Shown piece after piece: positions 37,269 through 48,140 of a DNA stretch of 64,000 nt (position 1 is the first letter of the stretch; every line of letters begins with the position of its first letter). The DNA is taken from the NCBI GenBank assembly GCA_000995185.1, contig LCET01000003.1, forward strand, positions 6,989-70,988. Direction: 5' to 3'. The translations under genes were made by a program, and so were the position numbers. Below the pieces are notes generated by a model. That model saw only the letters and a program-made list of their open reading frames with translations. It ran no database searches and was not told the origin of the DNA. The stretch is from Candidatus Woesebacteria bacterium GW2011_GWC1_42_9 (GTDB taxonomy: Bacteria > Patescibacteriota > Microgenomatia > UBA8517).

Positions 37269-39356
37269 ATGAGCAAACAAACTGAGTTTTATTGGTCTTT
37301 GATTATCGAGCCGGGGTGGATCCAAGCCGCGGTGTGGACGATTAATGAGGAAAAACTAGCCCATATTGTTTCAGTGAGCCCTTCTATTAAATGGGAGGAA
37401 GAGGCTGATTTAGTGCAAGTTGTGGATTCTGCTTTGTCTGCGGCAATCCATAAATTTCCTGAAGGAGCCCCTGAGCCGCAAAAGACGGTGTTTGGCGTTT
37501 CTTCTTCGTGGGTAGCAGACGGCAGTATTAAAAAGGAACATTTAGACCAGATTAAAGACGTTTGCTCAAAGCTTTCTCTTAAGCCAAGCGGTTTCGTCGT
37601 CCTTTCGGAAGCTTTGGCTCATGCGGCAAAGATGGAGGAGGGAGCTCCATTAACCGGGGTAGTAGTAGGACTGGGAGAAAATACTGTCGATATTGCAGTA
37701 TATAAAATTGGAAACCTAATTGGATCTGTAAACGTGGGTAGAAGCATTTCAATTTTTGATGATATTATGGAAGGACTGGCAAGGTTTAAGGGTAGTGACG
37801 CATTACCCTCAAGATTTTTATTGTACAACGGGAATGAAGCTGAGCTTGAAGATGCCAAGCAGATATTGATTTCTTCAGATTGGGTAAATAATCCGAAAGT
37901 AGAGGGGGTAAGATTTCTTCATACGCCGCAGGTGGAAGTAGTGGGGAGTGAAAGAAAAGCGGTCGCAGTGAGCTTGGCCGGGGCGAGTGAGATAGGAAAT
38001 GTCGAGGGAGTACTAATGCGAGATGGTGTGAAAGACAGTGAACTGTCTTCGGATACCAATGTGGAAGCTGAGAAGATGGGTTTTGTTCTCAATCAAGATG
38101 TTTCTAAAGAAGTGGACAAAATTCCTCAAAGTTCATTGGATCTTCCAGGCAGAAGCATGAAGAGGGTCATTTTAAAAAAACTGCCAGCTTGGCCAAGGAT
38201 AAGTTTTATAGAGTTGGGGTCGATCAGAAAAAAGAAAATTGTTGTTGGCGCAGCGTTGGTTTTGTTGTTAGCGATATTTATCTCCTCTGCAATTTTCTTG
38301 CCAAAAGCTAAAGTTGTCATCTATGTTTCTCCGAAGACTTTGGAAGAGACTGAATATATTACACTAAGCGAGAGCCTATCAAGCCCCGATTATGAGGAGA
38401 GAATTCTGCCAGGTGAAACAATTGAAGTGGAAGTTAGCGGGAGTAAAACAAATAAGGCAACGGGGGCGATAACAATAGGAGACAAAGCAGAAGGAACAGT
38501 TGAAATTAGGAACGGGACATCAGTTTCAGTAAAACTTTCCGCTGGGACAATTCTTTTAGGGAAGGATGATTTGAAGTTTGAGACCTTGGAAAGTGCTTCT
38601 GTCTCAGCCGCATCTTCCCCTTCAAGTCCAGGAACTCAGAAAGTAACTGCGAAAGCGGTTGGAATAGGTGCGGAATATAACTTGAGCGAAGAAAGCGGGT
38701 TTAGTGTTGGTAATTATCCAAAAAGCGAAGTGGACGCTATCGCTAAAGTGGCATTTAGCGGAGGGTCTAGCCGTGACATTGTCGCCGTATCTCAAGATGA
38801 TTTGGATAAGCTGGAGGATGACTTGACTAAGGAGCTTCTTGAAGATGGGAAAAGTAAGTTATCCGGTAATGTCAGCGAAGGGATGATGCTTGTGAATGGC
38901 GTGCTTGAGACGGATGTAATTAGCCGAGAATTTAGTCAAAAAGAGGAAGATGAAGCAGAGAATGTTACTTTGGATTTAAAAATCAATGTTAAAGGCGTCA
39001 CCGTCAACGAAGAGTTGATAAGGAAATTTGCTTTTGATTTAATGGGTCCAGGCATCCCGTCTGGATTTGCTTTGCGCCCGGAGCAAATAACGATTGATTT
39101 CTCGCTAGATGAGGAAGTAGACCGAGGCGAGTGGATATATGAAACGGTGTTTAAAGCAAATCTTTTGCCGGAAACGGATACTGAAGAAATTGCTAAAAAA
39201 ATAGCTGGAAAAAAACCTCAAACTGCTCAAGATTATTTAAAAACAATCCCAGGATATGTAAGAAGCGAGGTGGAATTAAATTTCAACATACCGATCTTGG
39301 GTAATCTGCCCTACCTCACTCAAAATATTAGCATCGAGGTAGAAGCAGAGAAATGA
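37269..39356 (+). CDS. Membrane protein with an N-terminal actin-like (FtsA/PilM-like) region, one TM and a C-terminal baseplate J-like domain
   Basis: N-terminal pattern resembling FtsA/PilM; TM at about aa 324-343; KAEGTVEIRN..LSAGTIL..FET..V.AKAVGIGAEYNL..FSGG resembles Baseplate_J (recognised by eye, no HMM run). Confidence 0.55.
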   Translation: MSKQTEFYWSLIIEPGWIQAAVWTINEEKLAHIVSVSPSIKWEEEADLVQVVDSALSAAIHKFPEGAPEPQKTVFGVSSSWVADGSIKKEHLDQIKDVCSKLSLKPSGFVVLSEALAHAAKMEEGAPLTGVVVGLGENTVDIAVYKIGNLIGSVNVGRSISIFDDIMEGLARFKGSDALPSRFLLYNGNEAELEDAKQILISSDWVNNPKVEGVRFLHTPQVEVVGSERKAVAVSLAGASEIGNVEGVLMRDGVKDSELSSDTNVEAEKMGFVLNQDVSKEVDKIPQSSLDLPGRSMKRVILKKLPAWPRISFIELGSIRKKKIVVGAALVLLLAIFISSAIFLPKAKVVIYVSPKTLEETEYITLSESLSSPDYEERILPGETIEVEVSGSKTNKATGAITIGDKAEGTVEIRNGTSVSVKLSAGTILLGKDDLKFETLESASVSAASSPSSPGTQKVTAKAVGIGAEYNLSEESGFSVGNYPKSEVDAIAKVAFSGGSSRDIVAVSQDDLDKLEDDLTKELLEDGKSKLSGNVSEGMMLVNGVLETDVISREFSQKEEDEAENVTLDLKINVKGVTVNEELIRKFAFDLMGPGIPSGFALRPEQITIDFSLDEEVDRGEWIYETVFKANLLPETDTEEIAKKIAGKKPQTAQDYLKTIPGYVRSEVELNFNIPILGNLPYLTQNISIEVEAEK

Positions 39357-39991
39357 GAACTGGGTTCTATCAAAGAATTATCGGAGGGGCAGGCATAGCC
39401 TTGGGAATACTTGTCTTGGGATATATTTTATTACCCATAATCACTTATGAATTAGAGGCGTCAAGGTTTACCTCTTATTTGTCGCCTGTTCCCAAAAAAG
39501 AAATCGATTTTACGAGGCTAAGTAATTGGTTTAGTGAAGACGTTGTTACCGAAACAGTGTCCCCTCTCTTGGTGGATCATTACACAATCAGCATTCCCTC
39601 CCTTGGGATTAAAGATGCCTCGGTTGCAATAGGGGGGGAAGATTTATCTAAATCCTTAATTCAATATCCAGGCACGGCCTTGCCAGGGAAACCTGGGAAT
39701 TCAGTGATCTTTGGTCACTCTATCCTTCCCCAATTTTATAACCCAGATGATTATATGACGATTTTTTCCACTCTGCCCACAATGGAAATTGGAGACGAAA
39801 TACAAGTTTTCTATGACGGGGCAAAGTATTACTATAAAGTTGAAGATATGTTTGAAGTTTCCCCAAACGACATTCAGGTATTAGAGCAGAATTTAAGTGA
39901 TTCTTTTGTGACGTTAGTGACATGTACTCCGCCAGGACATCCCTTAAGACCCAAGAGACTGATTGTTCGCGCGCGCGTTGTCTCAATATAA
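39353..39991 (+). CDS. Sortase
   Basis: N-terminal TM; NSVIFGHS (His), TLVTCTP (Cys), KRLIVRA (Arg) catalytic triad. Confidence 0.92.
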   Translation: MRTGFYQRIIGGAGIALGILVLGYILLPIITYELEASRFTSYLSPVPKKEIDFTRLSNWFSEDVVTETVSPLLVDHYTISIPSLGIKDASVAIGGEDLSKSLIQYPGTALPGKPGNSVIFGHSILPQFYNPDDYMTIFSTLPTMEIGDEIQVFYDGAKYYYKVEDMFEVSPNDIQVLEQNLSDSFVTLVTCTPPGHPLRPKRLIVRARVVSI

Positions 39992-39993
39992 AA

Positions 39994-40365
39994 ATGAAGA
40001 TATTAGGCATTGACTATGGAAGAAAGAAAATTGGAGTGGCCATCGCGGAAGGGTCCTTGGCAAGTCCACTAAAGGTCTTAAAATCTCCTTTTGGTGAAGA
40101 AATCGCAGAAATTATAAGAGCTGAAAATATTGAAAAGGTGATTGTCGGGATTAGTGAGGGGGAAATGGCCAATGAGGCCCGAGAGTTTGGTGAGGAATTA
40201 TTACGAAAATCAGGCGTTCCTGTTGAATATGAAGATGAGACTCTTTCGACCCATGAAGCCCAAAGACTATCGCAGGAGGCTCACATAAAACGCTCAAAAA
40301 GAAAGGCGATGGAAGACGCCTACTCCGCCACTTTAATCCTTCAGAAATATTTAGATAGAAGTTAG
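39994..40365 (+). CDS. ruvX: YqgF/RuvX family nuclease
   Basis: MKILGIDYGRKKIGVA, DETLST, DAYSATLILQ. Confidence 0.92.
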   Translation: MKILGIDYGRKKIGVAIAEGSLASPLKVLKSPFGEEIAEIIRAENIEKVIVGISEGEMANEAREFGEELLRKSGVPVEYEDETLSTHEAQRLSQEAHIKRSKRKAMEDAYSATLILQKYLDRS

Positions 40366-40417
40366 TCCGATAATTTTATACAATAAGGGCTAACGAAGGT
40401 CTGATAGGAGGTGTTCC

Positions 40418-40660
40418 GTGACAACTGTTGTTTTAGTCGCGTACTTTGGGTCCCATGATCATCAGTTCGAAGGGAAGCTTGATCTAGCGAAACGAGTTGC
40501 TTCTGTTAACTCTGTTTTAGAGCTGGAAAAAGCGATGAATGAAAGGGAAGATACGGAATATCTTGGATTTTTTGGTGAGGATGGTGATTGTAAGATGTTC
40601 GGCTATCTTACAGCAGTTAATTTGCTTGATCCGACTGGTGACGAGCGTTCTCGTCTTTAA
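40418..40660 (+). CDS. Small hypothetical protein
   Basis: AGGAGGT SD upstream of a GTG start; followed by a hairpin. Confidence 0.55.
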   Translation: MTTVVLVAYFGSHDHQFEGKLDLAKRVASVNSVLELEKAMNEREDTEYLGFFGEDGDCKMFGYLTAVNLLDPTGDERSRL

Positions 40661-40676
40661 GATTTAGATAATTAAG

Positions 40677-40711
40677 TTTGGGCAGGAGGAAAATAACAAC
40701 TCCTGCCCAAA
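40677..40711. terminator. Stem-loop, possible terminator
   Basis: Perfect 12-bp stem TTTGGGCAGGAG/CTCCTGCCCAAA; weak U-tract. Confidence 0.55.
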
Positions 40712-40757
40712 GGATTTACTTCATTGACTTTTAAAGTTTGGTATACTAATAGTTAGT

Positions 40758-40955
40758 ATGTTCAAAAATGTGGTTGCTCCAATTCAAGCTTGGCTGATGA
40801 GCCAGGGGAGGTGTGTCGGTTGCGGGAAAGATTTATCGGAAGGGAAGAGCGTCAAGCATAAGTATGGTAAAAAGATAATTTGCAGTTGCGGGCGCATCTT
40901 TATTTACAATACGAAGAATAAGAATTATCGCCGCGCCCTCATAGAAGAAGTATAG
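40758..40955 (+). CDS. Small Zn-ribbon protein
   Basis: CVGC...CSCG motif; abuts mltG. Confidence 0.7.
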   Translation: MFKNVVAPIQAWLMSQGRCVGCGKDLSEGKSVKHKYGKKIICSCGRIFIYNTKNKNYRRALIEEV

Positions 40956-41971
40956 TGTTGAGAAAAGTTGGTTTCGCAACAATTAGCCTCCTAATTATAA
41001 GTTTTGTTTTTGTGGTGGCAGGGCTTACTTTTTGGAAATCAGTTTCCAAAGCTCCTGGAAACGACAAAACGATTCAGAGATTTTTAATTACAAAAGGGTC
41101 TTCTGCTGAAAAAATTGCGAATGATCTAAAAGATCAGAATCTTATTAAAAGTCCTTTGGCTTTTAAGTTTTATACCCAGATTACTGGGATTTCTGATCAA
41201 ATTCCTCCCGGAGAATTTAAAATATCGGGTAATTTAAGTTTGAAAGAGGTTGTCGAAATGTTACTTAAAGGTCCGGTGGAAGTGTGGGTGACTGTGCCGG
41301 AAGGATTGCGCCGCGAAGAAATTGTCGAGCGCTATATTGAAGGTTTGGGTTTAGGAGGAACGGTAGCAGACGGATTTAGAGCAGATTTTTTGATGCAGAC
41401 CCGAGAACTTGAGGGTTATTTATACCCTGATACTTATTTATTTCCTTTGGATATAACGGCGGACAAAGTTGTTACAAAGATGAGATCTACTTTTGATCAA
41501 AAGTTTACTGAAAAAATGAGAACTGACTTAGTGAGCAAAGGGAGAAGTATTGATCAGGTCGTAATATTGGCTTCCCTTTTAGAAAGGGAAACTTTGACAA
41601 GCGAGGAAAGACCTGTTGTATCTGGGATATTATTTAATCGGCTTGAGAATGATTGGCCGCTTCAAGTTGATGCCTCGGTCCAGTATGCAATAGCCAGTGA
41701 AAATTGTAGATTACAAAATGTGGATTGTGATTGGTGGCCAAAAAATTTGACTAAAGATGATTTGGCTATTAATTCTCCGTTTAATACATATAAATTTTCC
41801 GGGATCCCTCCGAGTCCGATTTCAAGCCCTGGCATTATTTCTCTCACGGCAGTAGTTTATCCAGAAGACACGGACTATATGTACTATATTCACGATACCG
41901 ATGGAGTTATCCATTATGCAGAGACGCTTTCAGAGCACAATCAAAACGTTTCGAGATATCTAAAGAAATAG
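40955..41971 (+). CDS. mltG: Endolytic transglycosylase MltG
   Basis: VTVPEG, LEGYLYPDTY, LASLLERE, NRL..PLQVDA, SPFNTY..G.PP.PI. Confidence 0.93.
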   Translation: MLRKVGFATISLLIISFVFVVAGLTFWKSVSKAPGNDKTIQRFLITKGSSAEKIANDLKDQNLIKSPLAFKFYTQITGISDQIPPGEFKISGNLSLKEVVEMLLKGPVEVWVTVPEGLRREEIVERYIEGLGLGGTVADGFRADFLMQTRELEGYLYPDTYLFPLDITADKVVTKMRSTFDQKFTEKMRTDLVSKGRSIDQVVILASLLERETLTSEERPVVSGILFNRLENDWPLQVDASVQYAIASENCRLQNVDCDWWPKNLTKDDLAINSPFNTYKFSGIPPSPISSPGIISLTAVVYPEDTDYMYYIHDTDGVIHYAETLSEHNQNVSRYLKK

Positions 41972-41973
41972 AC

Positions 41974-42056
41974 TTGACAACGTTCGTTTATGGCTTATAA
42001 TTTGCCGTAGGCGTACTGAATGTAGGCTCGTCCCGCTTTCCATAGCGGGAGTTTTG
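41974..42056 (+). promoter_or_regulatory. rpoB promoter and leader hairpin
   Basis: TTGACA-16-TATAAT; TCCCGCT/AGCGGGA stem followed by GTTTTG. Confidence 0.6.
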
Positions 42057-42068
42057 TGTACTTCCGAG

Positions 42069-45000
42069 ATGGCCCAAACAAAAAGACGTAATTTTGGAAA
42101 AATAGAAAAGAAACTGCCGGAGCTGGATCTATCTCTTGTCCAAAGAGAGTCGTGGCAGTGGTTTTTAACGGAGGGAATTGCTGAAGAAATATCCCAAATT
42201 ACCCCGATAGACGATTTTACAGGAAAGAATTGGCAGTTGATCTTAGGAGAGCATGTGCTTGAAAAACCAAAGATTACTCCGGGAAGAGCTATTGAAAAAG
42301 GGCTTACTTTTGCGGCTCCATTTAAAATTAAGACCACTTTAATAAATAAAAGAACAGGAAAGAGCATTGAACAAGAAGTCTTTTTTGGCAACCTTCCTCA
42401 AATGACTTCCGTTGGAACCTTCATCATTAATGGAATAGAGCGCGTAGTAATTAATCAGTTGGTTCGTTCTCCTGGAATTTATTTCTCAGGGGAGACGGAT
42501 CGTTCTAGTGGAAGGATGCTGCATCAGGCAGAAATAAGGCCTCTTCATGGATCATGGCTTGAATTTGAGGTAAGTAAAAATGATGTTATTTCAGCAAGAA
42601 TTGATAAAAGGAGAAAAATGCCGGCGACTATTTTGCTTCGTGCAATGGGTCTTGAGTTTGATAAAGATATTAAAGATGCCTTTTCTAAGGTGGATAGTGA
42701 TCCTGATCACTCCTACATCTTAAAGACAATTGAGAAAGATCAAACAAAAAATCGAGATGAGGCACTGCTGGAAATTTATAGGAAAATGCGACCGGGGGAG
42801 CCGGCAGTTTTGGAAAATGCGCAGAATCTTTTTGATACTTTGTTCCTAAACTTTAGGCGTTATAATCTTGGAAAAGTAGGGCGCTATAAAATTAATAAAA
42901 GACTGGGGATTAGCGTTCCGAACGATAAGCAGAATTGGGTATTAACCAAGGAAGATGTTGTTGCAACGGTAGCTTACCTTATTGGTCTCCAGAATGAGGA
43001 AGGAAGGACTGATGATATTGATCATCTTTCAAATAGGCGTTTGAGGAGAGTGGGGGAGCTAGTCGCAACGCATGCTTTTAGGGCAGGGCTTTTGAGACTA
43101 GAAAGATCGGTAAAGGAAAAAATGAGCCTTATTTCCCCCGACGATATCCCACAGCCGCAGTCATTAATTAACGCTAGGCCCTTGATCGTAGCAATAAATG
43201 AATTTTTCCGATCAAATCAACTCTCCACAATATTAGATAACACTAACCCATTGTCAGAAATAGATAATTTGAGAAGGGTATCTGTCCTTGGCCCGGGTGG
43301 GATCAACCGAGAGAGGGCATCGTTTTCTATTCGTGACATTAACTCATCCCAATATGGAAGGATAGATCCCGTTCGGTCTCCGGAGGGACCAAATATTGGA
43401 TTAGTGACATATCTGGCGCTTTATGCACAGGTAAATGAATATGGATTTCTTGAGGCTCCTTACCGGGTCGTCAGGAAGGAAAAAGTGGGGGGTATTGAGA
43501 GGGCCAGAGTTACAGACGAAATGGTATATCTTGCCGCCGATGACGAAGAAGAGCAGTACATCACCCATAGCGGGATAAATATTGGCAAGACGGGATTAAT
43601 CGAAGATGAACGCGTTCCTTATCGTTATAAAGGTGCTTTTTTGGAAGGCTCTTCTAATCTGATTACATTAATAGATCTCACTCCGCGACAGGTTTTCGGT
43701 GCGAGTGCTGCTTTAATTCCATTTTTGTCACATGACGAGGGAAATCGTGCCCTGATGGGCTCAAATATGCAGTGCCAAGCAGTGCCTCTGGTGCATCCCG
43801 CTTCTCCGATAGTTGGTACTGGCATGGAGGGCGTGATAGCTGAAGCAATGGGCGGGGTGATTCGGAGTGGACACAGAGGAAAAGTGACCTATGTGGATGC
43901 TCAAAGGATAGAGGTCTCGCTCGATAAAAAAGTGGAGGCAATAGACGACCCTAATATGGAATTATCTGATAATCATAAAACAATTATTTATCATTTGTCC
44001 AAATTTAAAAAGACCGCCGCTTCGACTTCTTATAATCAAAAGGCGCGGGTGCAGGTTGGTCAGAAAGTTAACAAGGGTGATCTTCTTGCTGATGGACCAA
44101 GTTCAGATCAAGGAGAGTTGGCTTTGGGCCAAAACCTTGTGATTGCTTATACAAATTACGAAGGATATGGTTTTGAGGATGCGATACTAATTTCTGACCG
44201 TTTGGTAAAAGATGATCTTCTAAAATCGATCCATATTAAGGAATATCAAGCAGATTTGGTGGAAACCAAGCTTGGGCCGGAGGAGCTGACCCGAGATATT
44301 CCAAATGTTGCCGAGACGGAGCTTGCCAACCTAGCAGAGGATGGTATTGTCGTCATAGGTGCAGAAGTGAGTCCGAATGATATTTTGGTCGGGAAAATAG
44401 CCCCTAAAGGAGAAACAGAACTTACTAGTGAAGAAAGGCTTCTTCGGGCAATTTTTGGAGAGAAGGCGCGAGAGGTACGGGATACTTCGCTTCGTGTTCC
44501 TCATGGCGAAGGAGGAATTGTGGTTGATGTGCAAATTCTTGACAAAGAAAAAGGAGATGAGCTTGGCCCGGGAGTAATTAAAAGCATTATTGTTAAAGTG
44601 GCTCAGACGAGGAAGGTAAGCGTAGGAGACAAATTGGCTGGGCGCCATGGAAATAAGGGTGTGATTGCAAAAATCATGTCAACTTCCGATATGCCATATC
44701 TTGAGGATGGCACACCGGTTGATATTATCATTTCCCCTCTTTCTGTCTTAGCGAGGATGAATTTGGGCCAACTTTTGGAAAGCTACCTTGGCTGGGCACT
44801 CTATAACAAGGGAGAAAAGGGACAAATTCCAGTTTTTGACCAGATCAGCGAAGAAGTGATTATCAAGGAGCTTCAAAGCGTTGGGATGAGCGAGACTGGG
44901 AAAACGAGACTTTATGATGGACGGACCAGTGAACCGCTTAAGGAAGATACGGTTGTAGGAATTGGCTACATCATGAAATTAAGACACATGATTGAAGATA

Positions 45001-48000
45001 AAACCCACGCGAGATCGACTGGTCCTTATTCGCTTGTTACCCAGCAACCTCTTGGTGGGAAGGCCCAGATGGGGGGTCAGCGCCTTGGAGAGATGGAGGT
45101 CTGGGCACTAGAAGCGCATCGGGCGGCCTATACTTTGCAGGAAATGCTGACCTTGAAATCCGACGACATTGTCGGACGAGCACAAGCATTTGGGGCGATA
45201 GTGAAAGGTGAGCCTATCCCCGAGGCCAAAGTCCCGGAGAGTTTTAAGGTTCTTATTCGTGAGCTTAATTCGCTAGGGTTAGCAATAAATGTCGAGGGGA
45301 TTTTAAAAGAAGAGACTGAAGAAAAGATTGAAAATTCCACGGATCCACTGGTTAGCATGAGAGGCCTAAAGGAAATTAATGGTCTACAAATAAAATTAGC
45401 ATCTCCTGAGGAAATACGCGCCTGGTCAAGGGGTGAGATCCTCAAGCCCGAGACAATAAATTATAGAACCCTTAAGCCGGAAAAAGACGGCCTTTTTGAC
45501 GAAAGGATTTTTGGTCCGATCAAAGACTGGGAATGCTATTGCGGTAAGTATCGAAGGATCCGTTATAAGGGAGTGGTTTGCGATAAATGCGGAGTGGAAG
45601 TGGCCGAGTCGAGGGTCCGACGAGAGAGAATGGGGCACATTAGCTTGGCAGCCCCGGTTGCTCATGTTTGGTACTTTAAGGGAGCACCTTCAAAAATTTC
45701 TGTCCTTTTAGACCTTCCTCCAAGAGCGGTGGAGCAGGTAGTGTATTTTGCTCGCTATATGGTGATGAGCGTTGACGACAAGGGCCGAAAAGAAGCCTTA
45801 AAGTCGCTTAAGAGTGTTTGTGAAGAAAAACTTTTGGAGGTAAAAGAGATTTATCAGGAAAAGAAGAAAATTGTTAAAGAAGATGCGGTTGTTAGAAAAG
45901 AAAAAACTCGCGGTCGAATAAAAGATAAAGAGCAACAGGCGCTTGCCATAAGTGAAATTGATTTAGACGAAAGGAAAAAAATACAGACCTTGGCAGAGGA
46001 AGAAAGATCTACCCAGGAAAAGACTAAGGAGTTATTTAATCGGCTTGAAGATTTGGTAAAAGGGGTATTCCAGTTTGGGTTTCTTACTGAAGATGAGTAC
46101 GACAAGCTTGATTTCTATGGAGTGTCTGGGTTTGTTGATGTAAAGATGGGAGCTGAGGCGATAATGGAAGCGTTGAATAATATTGATCTCAATAAGCTTG
46201 CCAAAAATATCCGTGAAGAGATTAAGATTTTAAAGAAGGGCAAGAATAGCCAGAGATATGTAAAGCTAACCAAGAGGTTGAAAATTGTGGATGGGATGAG
46301 GCTTGCCAAAGTTGATCCTGTTTGGATGATAATTAAGGTACTCCCGGTTCTTCCCCCTGATTTAAGGCCGATGGTTCAGTTATCTGGAGGAAGATTTGCA
46401 ACAAGCGACTTAAATGATCTTTATCGCAGGGTTATCAATCGAAATAATCGCTTAAAGCATTTGATCAATTTGGGTGCTCCGGAGATTATTTTGAGGAATG
46501 AGAAGAGGATGCTTCAAGAGTCGGTGGATTCTTTGATTGATGCTTCTCAAAGAAAGGCAACCAGGAGAGGCAGAGGGAGGCAACCATTAAGATCTCTTTC
46601 AGATATGCTTAAAGGAAAACAGGGAAGATTCCGACAAAATTTGCTTGGGAAGCGGGTGGATTATTCTGGAAGGTCAGTAATAGTAGTGGGACCTGAATTA
46701 AAGCTAACTCAGTGCGGGCTTCCAAAAGAAATGGCATTGGAGATGTTTAAGCCTTTTGTTCTTCGAGAAATGATCGTGAGAGGAATAGCTCCGAATGTGA
46801 AGTCGGCAAAGAATATGCTTGAAAAACGTCCGGCTGGGGTCTTTGATATTTTGGAAGAGATTACTAAAAATCACCCCGTTTTGCTAAATCGCGCGCCAAC
46901 ATTACATAAGCTGGGCATTCAAGCCTTCTTCCCTGTATTGATTGAAGGAAATGCAATAAGGATTCACCCCGCGGTGTGTAAGGGCTTTAATGCTGACTTT
47001 GATGGAGATCAGATGGCGGTCCACGTTCCCCTGTCAGAGAAAGCCAAAAAGGAGGCAGTGGAATTGATGATGTCTGACAAAAATCTTTTGAGGCCTGCAG
47101 ATGGATCTCCAATGTCGGCTCCTGCTTCCAAAGAAATTGCCCTTGGTGTTTATTATCTGACAAGTGTGGACACAAGAATAAAGCCAAACAGTGCCGTTTT
47201 TTCTAATCCAGAAGAAGCAATCTTTGTGTATCAAATAGGGAAGATTGAATTAAGACAAATGATAACTGTGCGGGTCGGCACAGGCCTCTTGGAGACCACG
47301 GTAGGAAGATTGATCTTCAACGAGGTATTGCCGGATGCTTTGGGTTATGTTAACGAGAATATAAGTTCTGGGGTGATTACAAATCTGGTTACGAGAGCCT
47401 TCAATGAGATCGAACACGAGAGGGTAATTAAGATGATTGATAAGATTAAGGATCTGGGGTTTGTTGGGGGGACTTTGTCGGGCTTGTCATTTGGAATATC
47501 TGATGCGGCGATATTGCCTGAAAAGTCAAAAATTATAGCAAAGGCAAACAAAAGGGCCACAGAAATAGAGGAGAATTTTTCTCAAGGGTTAATTACCGCC
47601 AATGAAAAGAAAAGACTAGTAGAATCAGTGTGGATTGAGACCACTGAAGAGATCGCCGATAAAACTTGGGAGATAGTTGACCCTAATAGTTCAGTGAGAC
47701 TTGTAATTGACGCCAAAGTTGGACGTACTTCTAGAGAGCAAATAAAGCAATTGGCTGGGATGAGAGGTCTTGTAGTCGATCCTCTCGGAGAAATTGTGGA
47801 GTTACCTATAAAGTCAAATTTCAGAGAGGGGCTTTCCGTGTTTGAATATGTTAATTCTTCGAGAGGGTCAAGAAAGGGATTATCTGACACTGCTCTTAAA
47901 ACGGCAGATGCTGGGTATTTGACACGAAGGCTCGTAGATGTTGCTCACGATTTGATAATTAGGAATGAAGATTGTGACACCAAAGAGGCTTTACCAATAT

Positions 48001-48140
48001 TTAGAAGTACCAGACCGAAGGCGTTTGAAAGCCGCATTATGGGTAGGTTCGCAGGAGAAGATGTTAAAGATGATATTCGGGTGATTGTAGCTAAAAATGA
48101 GCTTATTTGGATCTCTCTGATAAGGAGCCAGTCGAAATAG
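42069..48140 (+). CDS. rpoB: Fused RNA polymerase beta-beta' (RpoB to ~45350; RpoC from ~45357), broken near 48107
   Basis: Rpo[29 protein letters not shown] continue without a stop into Rpo[38 protein letters not shown]. Confidence 0.92.
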   Translation: MAQTKRRNFGKIEKKLPELDLSLVQRESWQWFLTEGIAEEISQITPIDDFTGKNWQLILGEHVLEKPKITPGRAIEKGLTFAAPFKIKTTLINKRTGKSIEQEVFFGNLPQMTSVGTFIINGIERVVINQLVRSPGIYFSGETDRSSGRMLHQAEIRPLHGSWLEFEVSKNDVISARIDKRRKMPATILLRAMGLEFDKDIKDAFSKVDSDPDHSYILKTIEKDQTKNRDEALLEIYRKMRPGEPAVLENAQNLFDTLFLNFRRYNLGKVGRYKINKRLGISVPNDKQNWVLTKEDVVATVAYLIGLQNEEGRTDDIDHLSNRRLRRVGELVATHAFRAGLLRLERSVKEKMSLISPDDIPQPQSLINARPLIVAINEFFRSNQLSTILDNTNPLSEIDNLRRVSVLGPGGINRERASFSIRDINSSQYGRIDPVRSPEGPNIGLVTYLALYAQVNEYGFLEAPYRVVRKEKVGGIERARVTDEMVYLAADDEEEQYITHSGINIGKTGLIEDERVPYRYKGAFLEGSSNLITLIDLTPRQVFGASAALIPFLSHDEGNRALMGSNMQCQAVPLVHPASPIVGTGMEGVIAEAMGGVIRSGHRGKVTYVDAQRIEVSLDKKVEAIDDPNMELSDNHKTIIYHLSKFKKTAASTSYNQKARVQVGQKVNKGDLLADGPSSDQGELALGQNLVIAYTNYEGYGFEDAILISDRLVKDDLLKSIHIKEYQADLVETKLGPEELTRDIPNVAETELANLAEDGIVVIGAEVSPNDILVGKIAPKGETELTSEERLLRAIFGEKAREVRDTSLRVPHGEGGIVVDVQILDKEKGDELGPGVIKSIIVKVAQTRKVSVGDKLAGRHGNKGVIAKIMSTSDMPYLEDGTPVDIIISPLSVLARMNLGQLLESYLGWALYNKGEKGQIPVFDQISEEVIIKELQSVGMSETGKTRLYDGRTSEPLKEDTVVGIGYIMKLRHMIEDKTHARSTGPYSLVTQQPLGGKAQMGGQRLGEMEVWALEAHRAAYTLQEMLTLKSDDIVGRAQAFGAIVKGEPIPEAKVPESFKVLIRELNSLGLAINVEGILKEETEEKIENSTDPLVSMRGLKEINGLQIKLASPEEIRAWSRGEILKPETINYRTLKPEKDGLFDERIFGPIKDWECYCGKYRRIRYKGVVCDKCGVEVAESRVRRERMGHISLAAPVAHVWYFKGAPSKISVLLDLPPRAVEQVVYFARYMVMSVDDKGRKEALKSLKSVCEEKLLEVKEIYQEKKKIVKEDAVVRKEKTRGRIKDKEQQALAISEIDLDERKKIQTLAEEERSTQEKTKELFNRLEDLVKGVFQFGFLTEDEYDKLDFYGVSGFVDVKMGAEAIMEALNNIDLNKLAKNIREEIKILKKGKNSQRYVKLTKRLKIVDGMRLAKVDPVWMIIKVLPVLPPDLRPMVQLSGGRFATSDLNDLYRRVINRNNRLKHLINLGAPEIILRNEKRMLQESVDSLIDASQRKATRRGRGRQPLRSLSDMLKGKQGRFRQNLLGKRVDYSGRSVIVVGPELKLTQCGLPKEMALEMFKPFVLREMIVRGIAPNVKSAKNMLEKRPAGVFDILEEITKNHPVLLNRAPTLHKLGIQAFFPVLIEGNAIRIHPAVCKGFNADFDGDQMAVHVPLSEKAKKEAVELMMSDKNLLRPADGSPMSAPASKEIALGVYYLTSVDTRIKPNSAVFSNPEEAIFVYQIGKIELRQMITVRVGTGLLETTVGRLIFNEVLPDALGYVNENISSGVITNLVTRAFNEIEHERVIKMIDKIKDLGFVGGTLSGLSFGISDAAILPEKSKIIAKANKRATEIEENFSQGLITANEKKRLVESVWIETTEEIADKTWEIVDPNSSVRLVIDAKVGRTSREQIKQLAGMRGLVVDPLGEIVELPIKSNFREGLSVFEYVNSSRGSRKGLSDTALKTADAGYLTRRLVDVAHDLIIRNEDCDTKEALPIFRSTRPKAFESRIMGRFAGEDVKDDIRVIVAKNELIWISLIRSQSK

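Noticed and set aside
37269-39356. Prophage or contractile injection system
   Set aside because: No tube, sheath, capsid, terminase or integrase genes nearby; flanked by housekeeping genes
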